Source of the DNA: Planctomycetota bacterium
Lineage (GTDB): Bacteria; Planctomycetota; UBA8108; SXIK01
Direction of reading: 5' to 3'
NCBI GenBank assembly: GCA_965223265.1
Contig: OZ244999.1
Location: 32,001-96,000, forward strand
DNA length: 64,000 bases
A model generated the notes under the pieces. That model saw nothing but the letters and a program-made list of their open reading frames with translations, was not told the origin of the DNA and ran no database searches. A program made the position numbers and the translations under genes. Position 1 is the stretch's first letter, and every line of letters starts with the position of its first letter. This document shows positions 17,298-24,894 of this stretch, piece by piece.

Positions 17298-19130
17298 ATG
17301 ATGCTGAAGCTTAACGTCCCGAGCGCCCTGGTGGCTCGGCTGTTCGCGCGCAACGCTTGCTTAGCAGTCGCGTCGCTGCTTTTGAGCTGCACGCCAGATG
17401 CACCCAACGAGTCGACGGCGGGCGCGCCGCAGGCTGAATCCTCATCGCAACCAGTGGCGAGCTCGAGTCCCACTTCCGAGCCCGCGGATTCCGCACCTGC
17501 TCCCTTCCGCGACGTGACGACCAGCGTCGGTATCGATTTCGTCCACGTCAACGGAGCGACGGGTGGCTTTTTTTTGCCGGAGATCATGGGCGCCGGTTGT
17601 GCGCTCTTTGATTTTGACGGTGATGGCGACCTCGACGTCTACGCGCTCCAGGGCGCGCCGCTGACAGCGACTCGCGCTGCTCCGGACGGCGTCAGAACGC
17701 CGGGTAGCGGTGATCCGGGTCAGGCTCCGGTCAATCGACTCTTTCGCAGCGAGCTGGCAAACAGCTCGGTGCTCAAGTTTGTCGACGTCACCACGACCAG
17801 TGGGGTTGGAGACCAGGGCTTCGCGCTCGGCTGCGCTGTCGGCGATTACGACAACGACGGATTCGCGGATCTCTATGTGACGAACTTCGGTGCCAACGTG
17901 CTCTTCCACAATCAAGGCGACGGCACGTTCCGAGATGTGACGGAGTCGGCAGGCGTTGGCGATCCTGGCTTCGCCGCCAGCGCAGCTTTCTTCGACTACG
18001 ACCGCGACGGTTGGCTCGACATTTACGTCGTCAACTACGTCGAGTATTCCCTCGCCGCCAATCGCGACTGCACGCGGTTCGGTGGCGTGCCGGACTACTG
18101 CGGTCCTATGAGCTACGAACCTGCCAGCGACCGCGTCTTTCGCAATCGCGGCGACGGCACGTTTGACGATGTCACCATTCGCTTAGGGGTTCACTCGAGC
18201 CTCGGCTGTGGACTCGGTGTCGTCTGCGCCGACTGGGATAACGATGGCTGGATCGATGTCTTCGTCGCCAACGACGCGACCCCTAATCACCTGTGGTTGA
18301 ACCGCGAAGGCAGGGCATTCGAGGAGGCTGGGCTGTTGGCGGGTGTGGCCGTCAATCGTGACGGCAAAAGCGAAGCCGGCATGGGAATCGCGACCGCTGA
18401 TTTCGATCGCGATGGAGATTTCGACGTGTTTCTTACTCATGAAGTCGAGGAGACGAACACGTACTACGTTCAGCGCGACGAAGCCTTCTTCGACGACGCA
18501 ACCGCTGTGGTCGGGCTTGCTGCACCAAGTCGCCCCTACTCGGGATTCGGTACGTACGCAATCGACTACGACCTCGACGGCTGGCTCGATCTGTTTGTTG
18601 CCAACGGAGCCGTCCGTCGCCAAACGAACCAAGTCAGCAATGCGAATCCGTATGTGCAGCCGAACCAGCTTTACCGAAACCTCAAGGGGCGATTCGTCGA
18701 ACAGCGCCCGATCGTGGCGGCAAGTGCGGCTCTCGCTAGTCGTGGCGCAGCCTTCGGTGATCTCGATCACGACGGGGACGTCGACATCGTCGTTGCCAAC
18801 AATGCCGGCCCGCTGCAGGTGCTGGTCAACGACGCCGCGGCGGACCGAGCGTGGGTTCGACTGCGGCTTCAGGGTACGCGCGCCGCAAAAGACGCGTACG
18901 GCGCCCGTGTCGAGGTGCAGGCCGGCGGCGTTTCACTCAAGCAGATCGTCGGCACCGATGGGAGTTACTGCAGCGCGTCGGACGTTCGCCGTGTCTTCGG
19001 GCTCGATTCAATCGCCGACCCGGTGGTGGCGACGGTCACGTGGCTCGGCGGAGGAGTGGAACGGTGGAAGAACATTCCCCTGCGATCCGAAACTCTCCTG
19101 CGCCAGGGTGAGGGCGAAGCGGTCGAGTGA
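17298..19130 (+). CDS. CRTAC1 family protein (FG-GAP/VCBS repeats + ASPIC/UnbV domain), probable lipoprotein
   Basis: FRDVTTSVGIDFVH, repeated DFDGDGDLD/DYDNDG/DYDRDGWLD, SRGAAFGDLDHDGDVDIVV, YGARVEV...SYCSASD; lipobox LLLSC. Confidence 0.92.
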   Translation: MMLKLNVPSALVARLFARNACLAVASLLLSCTPDAPNESTAGAPQAESSSQPVASSSPTSEPADSAPAPFRDVTTSVGIDFVHVNGATGGFFLPEIMGAGCALFDFDGDGDLDVYALQGAPLTATRAAPDGVRTPGSGDPGQAPVNRLFRSELANSSVLKFVDVTTTSGVGDQGFALGCAVGDYDNDGFADLYVTNFGANVLFHNQGDGTFRDVTESAGVGDPGFAASAAFFDYDRDGWLDIYVVNYVEYSLAANRDCTRFGGVPDYCGPMSYEPASDRVFRNRGDGTFDDVTIRLGVHSSLGCGLGVVCADWDNDGWIDVFVANDATPNHLWLNREGRAFEEAGLLAGVAVNRDGKSEAGMGIATADFDRDGDFDVFLTHEVEETNTYYVQRDEAFFDDATAVVGLAAPSRPYSGFGTYAIDYDLDGWLDLFVANGAVRRQTNQVSNANPYVQPNQLYRNLKGRFVEQRPIVAASAALASRGAAFGDLDHDGDVDIVVANNAGPLQVLVNDAAADRAWVRLRLQGTRAAKDAYGARVEVQAGGVSLKQIVGTDGSYCSASDVRRVFGLDSIADPVVATVTWLGGGVERWKNIPLRSETLLRQGEGEAVE

Positions 19131-19228
19131 GCCCGTCGTCGCCACCTGCCCGCATCCCGTCGGGACGTGCTACGCCGCCTCTGGCGTGCCTTCCGCCGCT
19201 GCTCGTATCTCAACACTGCGGCAGAGTG

Positions 19229-20686
19229 TCAGCGGTGAGGTCGCCGGCGGATTTGGGTCGAGGCGAGGAAGCTTCTCACACGGCGCTGAAGTGACTCCAG
19301 GCAAGCAGACTCCGTCTCCGCCAAGTCCAGCAGTGTCAGAATTGGGTGCCGCGACTCGATGATGGTGCCGATTGACGGAACGTCGGCGTATCGCGGTTCC
19401 GAAAGCATGCCGCCAACTTCGACGCGACAGCAACCTGCGCCGTTGCGACTATGTGAGAGCAGGTCTGTTTCGATGATGCAGCGTGCCGGCGCGAAGAGGA
19501 CCGCCTTGCCGACGACGTGGTGGCCGCTTTCGACCGTGATCTGTGCCGCCGGTGTTGCTGTCGTTTGTCTCCCGGCCGCTCGGCAGGCGTCCGCGTGGAG
19601 GTCGAAGAGATGAGGTTCCGTCGATAGCTCGAGTATCTCCGCCGAGGCGGGATAGCGTGGGTTCACTTCGAGCACCGCAAGCTCAGCTCGCGGCGCGGGC
19701 GTCAGCAGTGATTCCTCGCGGGCGATGAAGTCGACGCCGAAGAGTCCGCGGAGGTGAAACGACGCCACCAACGTATCTCCGAGCCTTTGAAGCTCTTCAC
19801 GCCATGCGGCAGCGATCGGCTGCGGCCCCAGGCCGCCGCACCAACCGAACGGTGGGGCGTGAAGCCAATCGACGCCAACCAATTGGCGCGTCGCGCCGAT
19901 CAGTACTGCGCCGCCCGCACGGCCCACAAAGACGGCGGAGAACGGCGCCCCGCGAGCGCGGTGCTGATAATAATAGCCGCGTCGACCTAGTTGCTCGTCA
20001 CGGTCGCTGTGCTGGTGCCGCACAGCCTTGGCGGCGACTGGCTCTGGCGCTACGCCGCACGCTGTGATGCCCGATCCGCCGCAGCCGCCCTGGCTCTTGC
20101 GCAGCCACGCAGCTGCGCCGGCGCGAGGAGGGGTGCGCGAGAGTCTTGGCATCTGGAACCCGTTTTCGCGCAGCACCTCGCTGAGACGAAACGGATCGCG
20201 GACACCTCGCAGAACTCCTCCGCCGTTGCCCCAGAGCGGACGGACTCGACTGAGCCGGTCGACTAGCTCTGGAGCGTTCTCGAGTCCACCGGTGTAGACC
20301 CATGGCGCGTCGGGGCCGTCTGCGACAAACGGCGCGAGCCCTGCCGGATAGGCGTGTTCGCACCGCCAGGTCTCGTCGCAGTAGCGCCGAAGGTCCACAT
20401 CGTCGAACAGGTCCGCGGCCCGTACCCGCCAGCCAGAACGGGCAGCCGAGGCCGCGGTGGCACGGGCGCTCGCACCGATGACGGTGACGAGCGATCCGTC
20501 ACAGGGTGGGCCGTACAGTCGATCAGGTTGGCCGTCGTGATCGAACGACGTCGTGTGAGTGACCGGGGTGTGATCCGCCGTTTTGCCTCGTTCGTCGGTG
20601 GTTGATCCGCAGTGCTCGGGAATCGTCGGGAAACGATTGCCATCACCGCCTGGGTTCTGGTATAGGTCGGGGACCTGTTGACACAT
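19229..20686 (-). CDS. ATP-grasp domain protein (type associated with H4MPT/methanofuran-linked C1 gene clusters)
   Basis: VIGASARATAASAARSG...ADLFDDVDL, YTGGLEN, GLFGVDFI, VLEVNPRYPASAE; divergent from fae. Start uncertain; the conserved part begins near 20490. Confidence 0.8.
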   Translation of the reverse strand: MCQQVPDLYQNPGGDGNRFPTIPEHCGSTTDERGKTADHTPVTHTTSFDHDGQPDRLYGPPCDGSLVTVIGASARATAASAARSGWRVRAADLFDDVDLRRYCDETWRCEHAYPAGLAPFVADGPDAPWVYTGGLENAPELVDRLSRVRPLWGNGGGVLRGVRDPFRLSEVLRENGFQMPRLSRTPPRAGAAAWLRKSQGGCGGSGITACGVAPEPVAAKAVRHQHSDRDEQLGRRGYYYQHRARGAPFSAVFVGRAGGAVLIGATRQLVGVDWLHAPPFGWCGGLGPQPIAAAWREELQRLGDTLVASFHLRGLFGVDFIAREESLLTPAPRAELAVLEVNPRYPASAEILELSTEPHLFDLHADACRAAGRQTTATPAAQITVESGHHVVGKAVLFAPARCIIETDLLSHSRNGAGCCRVEVGGMLSEPRYADVPSIGTIIESRHPILTLLDLAETESACLESLQRRVRSFLASTQIRRRPHR

Positions 20687-20744
20687 TGTATCGTCTCCGA
20701 GTTCGAGGTTCCTTGTCAATCGCTTGACTTGCCGCTGGATTGCG

Positions 20745-20792
20745 GTGGCGTAGCGGACACGTGGCGTAGCGGACACGTGGCGTAGCGGACAC
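20745..20792 (+). repeat. Perfect tandem repeat, 3 x 16 bp GTGGCGTAGCGGACAC
   Basis: Units at 20745-20760, 20761-20776 and 20777-20792, read directly. Confidence 0.95.
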
Positions 20793-20858
20793 ATCGCGTC
20801 GACTTCGACTGGAGCTCACTACACTTTCGCGACTCGTCGCGTGGGAGGAATCGTTTCA

Positions 20859-21356
20859 ATGTCTATGTACATCGGTGAAGCGCTTGTCGGTGATGGAAAT
20901 GAGGTCGCCCATATCGACCTGCTGATCGGTTCGAAGGATGGTCCCGTCGGCGCTGCCTTTGCGAACGCGCTTGCGTCTCAGAGACAAGGACATTCGAACT
21001 TGCTCGCCGTCTTGGAGCCCAATCTGGCCGTCAAGCCGGCGACTGTCATGATCACGAAAGTGACGATCAAGGGCGCAAAGCAAGCCGTACAGATGTTCGG
21101 GCCGGCCCAGGCTGCGGTTGCGAAAGCCGTCGCCGAGTCAGTTGCCGAGGGGGTGATTCCGAAAGATCAGTGTGAAAACCTTGTCATCGTCTGCGGCGTG
21201 TTCATCCACTGGCTCGCCGAGGACGACGCCAAGATCCGGCAGTACAACTACGAGGCGACCAAACTCTCCATCGCGCGCGCCATGCGAGGCGAGCCATCGG
21301 CTGATGAAATGATCGCCGGCAAAGACACTGCCAAGCATCCGTTCGCCGGCAACTAA
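20859..21356 (+). CDS. fae: Formaldehyde-activating enzyme (5,6,7,8-tetrahydromethanopterin hydro-lyase)
   Basis: MSMYIGEALVGDGNEVAHIDLLIG...KVTIKGAKQAVQMFGPAQAAVAKAV...GVFIHW...NYEATK; GGAGGA RBS. Confidence 0.96.
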   Translation: MSMYIGEALVGDGNEVAHIDLLIGSKDGPVGAAFANALASQRQGHSNLLAVLEPNLAVKPATVMITKVTIKGAKQAVQMFGPAQAAVAKAVAESVAEGVIPKDQCENLVIVCGVFIHWLAEDDAKIRQYNYEATKLSIARAMRGEPSADEMIAGKDTAKHPFAGN

Positions 21357-21457
21357 CAGCCTGTAATGCTTCGAGTCGAACTGGTCGCTTCGCGTCCAAT
21401 TCGGCCGCGGCGAACGTAGGTAGCCTCCGAGCCCTCTTCTATAAGATAGATACGGCG

Positions 21458-21520
21458 AGGCTCGCCACACGTCAGAGTCGGTCTGAGGACCGTCTCTGAT
21501 GGGTGGCGAGCTTGTTGTTT
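21458..21520 (+). terminator. Long hairpin followed by a T-rich tract (terminator-like or small structured RNA)
   Basis: aggctcgccac-ac-gtcagag-tcggtc / tgag loop / gaccgt-ctctgat-gg-gtggcgagctt, then gttgttt. Confidence 0.55.
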
Positions 21521-21853
21521 CAACGCGAAGTTTGACGGTTAGCCCGCATCTCTCTTACGGTGCCGCAATACGAATCCTGTGAGAGATTCCGGTTGTTAGG
21601 GACCTGCCTCAGTCTTTCGTTACCACCGCCTTGTGAGTGCTACTGCCGACACTTCGTCGCGCCCTCGACTGAACGCTCGAGTCCGCTTCTCTCCCCGCCG
21701 TCCAGTGTCCTGTGGTTTTAGCTGTCTGACATCCCAGGTTCGCAGCTGAACGGAGTGGAGCGAGTTCGCTGCGCGGTTTGGTTTCTTTCTTTCCCTCGGG
21801 TTTTCAAGTCCGTCAGTACTTCAGGAGTGCCAAAGGCTTCTCGCGTTTGAGCT

Positions 21854-22720
21854 ATGACTGAGAAGAAGCGCATACTTGTCCAGCTTGACAGCGATCCGCT
21901 GCCGAGCCTATTCGATCGTGTCGTCGGCGTTGATGCCGGAGCTGAACAGCTTTTCAGCTACGGCGGGATCGTGCCCGAGACAGTCCGCGATCTGATCTAC
22001 GGCGCCATCTTCACGCGCGGGCCCAAAGACCTGAAGTCGACCGCCGTCTTCGTGGGTGGCAGCGACGTCGAATTGGGGGAAAAGATTTTCAGTGCGGCAC
22101 GTGACGCCTGTTTCGGCCCCCTCCGCGTCTCGATCATGCTCGATTCGAATGGCGCGAACACCACGGCAGCAGCGGCCGTCGCGCTGGCGGCGCGTCACGT
22201 CGTGCTGCGCGGCGCCCGTGCTACAGTGCTCGCGGCGACTGGACCTGTGGGGCGACGCGCGGCGAGGTTATTGGCGCGTGAGGGTGCGAGCGTGCGAGTT
22301 GCGTCACGTTCCCTTGCTCGTGCTGAGACCGTAGCTCAAGACGTGCGCGATGCCGTGGCCGGGGCGTCCCTCGAAGCGCTCGAGACGAGCTCAGAGTCTT
22401 CCGTCACTGCGGCACTCGATGGCGCCGACGTCCTCATTGCCGCCGGTGGCGCTGGCGTGCAGCTTGTCAGCAAGGCGGATCGCCAACGTGCCGAAACGCT
22501 CCGCTTTGTCGCTGACCTGAACGCCGTCCCGCCGGTGGGTGTTGAAGGCATCGAGCCGACGGCCACCGCTGTCGAAGACGGAAGCGCGGTAACCTATGGC
22601 GCCATCGGTGTCGGCGGACTCAAGATGAAGATTCACAAAGCCGCCATTGAGAAACTTTTCAGCACCAACGACCTCGCGCTCGATGCCGAGGAGATCTACG
22701 CCATCGGGCGAGACCTCTGA
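21854..22720 (+). CDS. mtdC: NADP-dependent methylene-H4MPT/methylene-H4F dehydrogenase (MtdA/MtdC-like)
   Basis: SLFDRVVGVDAG, GAIFTRGPKDLKSTAVFVGG, MLDSNGANTTAAAAV, ATGPVG, DLNAVPPVGVEGIE, GAIGVGGLKMKIH. Confidence 0.9.
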   Translation: MTEKKRILVQLDSDPLPSLFDRVVGVDAGAEQLFSYGGIVPETVRDLIYGAIFTRGPKDLKSTAVFVGGSDVELGEKIFSAARDACFGPLRVSIMLDSNGANTTAAAAVALAARHVVLRGARATVLAATGPVGRRAARLLAREGASVRVASRSLARAETVAQDVRDAVAGASLEALETSSESSVTAALDGADVLIAAGGAGVQLVSKADRQRAETLRFVADLNAVPPVGVEGIEPTATAVEDGSAVTYGAIGVGGLKMKIHKAAIEKLFSTNDLALDAEEIYAIGRDL

Positions 22721-22763
22721 TTTCGGCGGTTGATCGCGTCGTCTCTTGCCGTGAGGATCCGCG

Positions 22764-23609
22764 TCACTCCTGTCGCGAAACGCCTGCGGCCCAGCGTCGT
22801 GGTCGAATGACGAGCACGGGGATGGGTGACTCTACCGCCAGCCGTTCGGCGAGGTTCTCGGAAAACGGTCCTCCGGCTTCACGCACCGCGAGGTGTTGAC
22901 CGAGAATCAACAAGTCGTACCCTCCGCGCTGACACTCCGTCAGAATCTCTCGCAGTACCATTCCCTGTGAGATCACGACCTTGGGTTCGGTGCCGGGCTT
23001 CCACTGCAGGACGTCGATGAGATCGGAGACACCCGGAATCTTTTGCTGCGGCTCCGTACTCTCCTTCGCGCCCTCGACACTCGGGATCGGTACGCTGGAG
23101 CGGACGTGCAGAATGGTCAGCTCCGCCCCCAGCGATTGGCTCAGTTCATGTCCGCACAAGAACGTCGTCTCGCTCATCGGCCCGCCGCTGACGGTGAGGA
23201 GAATGCGTTGAATGCTCTCGGAGACGGGGCGCCGCGCCACCATGATGCTCGACGGGGAGTTGTGGACGACGCTTTTGACTCGCGAACCTTTGATCATGCG
23301 CGCCAGACCACGCCTGCCGGCAGGAGGAAAGATGGTGATCGCCGGCGAAACCGCTCGTGATTCCTGGAGAATGGCTTCGCGCGGCGGACCCGGACGCACC
23401 GCGGTGGTCACCGAGTGGCCGGTTGACTCTTCGAGCTGCGCCGCTGTCTGGTCGAGGAACTCTGGGTTTTTCGCTACGACGTCCTCTGTGGTCAACAGGA
23501 CGACTGAGGCGTTGACACCGCAAAGAAGTTCCCGCGTGAGCGTGAGAGCCCACTCGCTTTCCTCGGAAACATCGACGTAGGAGAGGATTCTGAAAGCTTC
23601 TTCTGACAT
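22764..23609 (-). CDS. Universal stress protein (tandem USP domains)
   Basis: Two USP folds: GSRVKSVVHNSPSSIMVAR and YDLLILG...AERLAVESPIPVLVIR. Confidence 0.85.
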   Translation of the reverse strand: MSEEAFRILSYVDVSEESEWALTLTRELLCGVNASVVLLTTEDVVAKNPEFLDQTAAQLEESTGHSVTTAVRPGPPREAILQESRAVSPAITIFPPAGRRGLARMIKGSRVKSVVHNSPSSIMVARRPVSESIQRILLTVSGGPMSETTFLCGHELSQSLGAELTILHVRSSVPIPSVEGAKESTEPQQKIPGVSDLIDVLQWKPGTEPKVVISQGMVLREILTECQRGGYDLLILGQHLAVREAGGPFSENLAERLAVESPIPVLVIRPRRWAAGVSRQE

Positions 23610-23706
23610 CTTGTCGTTCGACTTTCTTTGTCTGCTCAGGCTATCGCTTGCGACTCTTTATTCTGCCGACCGAATCCGCACAACGCGACCCCGTCGAGTT
23701 CAATAC

Positions 23707-24762
23707 TCACATCCCGAGGACGATCAAAAGGAGCGGAACAATGAACACTGCAATGACGAACACGGTCAACGTCGCGCGGCGCTGCGTGATCGCCGACGTT
23801 AGGGTGTCCATTAGGTTTTCGTATGGGTGATAGACGAGAAAGACGAGCGGCAGCGACACCGTCGTTACGGTTAACGCGCAGCAGAGCACCAATCCAAAGG
23901 CATCGGGATGGCCGATGAGTAGACTCGCTATCAACGTGTCGACGAACGTGGTGATGTTGGCACCCATGATGTAAGGAACGAGATTCTCGCGACGGATGAT
24001 TCCACGCACGGTCAACGGCACGAGCAGCGTGAGCGATACTGATACCGAGAGCGTGAAGCAGGTGACGAGCATGCCGAACAGAAACGCAATCGACGGTCGG
24101 AAAATTGTCGTCGCCATGCGCCCGAGGTTGCCGCCGAGGGGATCCACCGTCGGCAGTGTCAGATCGAACAGCTTGAACGCGACGACGAGCACACCAACTC
24201 CAGCGACCATGAGCGACCACATCGGAAGCGAGACGGTGTCGCAGAGCGCGACGGTGCCGTCGACGATCGGCTGGTAGAGTGTGTCGATGAAACTGACGAA
24301 CACGGGTGGCGCCTCGATCCGAACTCCGTCGAGAAAGCCAGAATGCAGAACGACGTAGCCGAGGAGCAAGGCGGGGATGTAGACCGAAGCCGTGATCAGA
24401 AACGAAAGGGTGCCGACGTAGACTCCGCCACGCGGGCTTTTTGAGCGTAGGTCGTAGATGAACCCGACGGCGAGCACGACGAACGAAGCACCTAGCCGTG
24501 AGCCGACGATCATCGAGAAGCTCTCGAATTTGTCGAGCGTGTTGCTGGCCAGGAGGCTGAGGGCGATCGCCGCAACCGGGGAGCCGCTCAATACGACACA
24601 CGACGTGAACCACCCGAATCCAAGCGAGGCGATCTCGCCATTGACGAAGATGTTCTCGAAGAGATCCGAGAGAGACGCGGCTCCGGTTTGAATGAACTTG
24701 AGCGCGAGAACGAAGAGAAAGACACTCAGGGTTACGAGCGCGATGCGCCAGACGACAGACAT
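23707..24762 (-). CDS. Na+/Pi cotransporter family (NptA/SLC34-like) membrane protein
   Basis: Polytopic; inverted-repeat motifs LSGSPVAAIAL...GSRLGAS and LSVSVSLTLLVP...YIMGANITT. Confidence 0.75.
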   Translation of the reverse strand: MSVVWRIALVTLSVFLFVLALKFIQTGAASLSDLFENIFVNGEIASLGFGWFTSCVVLSGSPVAAIALSLLASNTLDKFESFSMIVGSRLGASFVVLAVGFIYDLRSKSPRGGVYVGTLSFLITASVYIPALLLGYVVLHSGFLDGVRIEAPPVFVSFIDTLYQPIVDGTVALCDTVSLPMWSLMVAGVGVLVVAFKLFDLTLPTVDPLGGNLGRMATTIFRPSIAFLFGMLVTCFTLSVSVSLTLLVPLTVRGIIRRENLVPYIMGANITTFVDTLIASLLIGHPDAFGLVLCCALTVTTVSLPLVFLVYHPYENLMDTLTSAITQRRATLTVFVIAVFIVPLLLIVLGM

Positions 24763-24894
24763 GTAGTTGAGCGGGGCTGCGATTCAGGGAGCGTGATCAG
24801 CTCGATCCACGGTTGACAGCCTGGAGATCGACGGATTGTAGACGGCCGCTCGTGCGAAACCAACACCCGTTTCTGCTGTCCGTGCGCGCCCTCG

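Noticed and set aside
18343-19362. 339-aa alternative-frame ORF inside CRTAC1
   Set aside because: Ser/Arg/Thr-rich off-frame translation typical of high-GC codon bias.
20745-20792. Possible mini CRISPR array
   Set aside because: Repeats are 16 bp, directly abutting with no spacers, and there are no cas genes; kept only as a tandem repeat.
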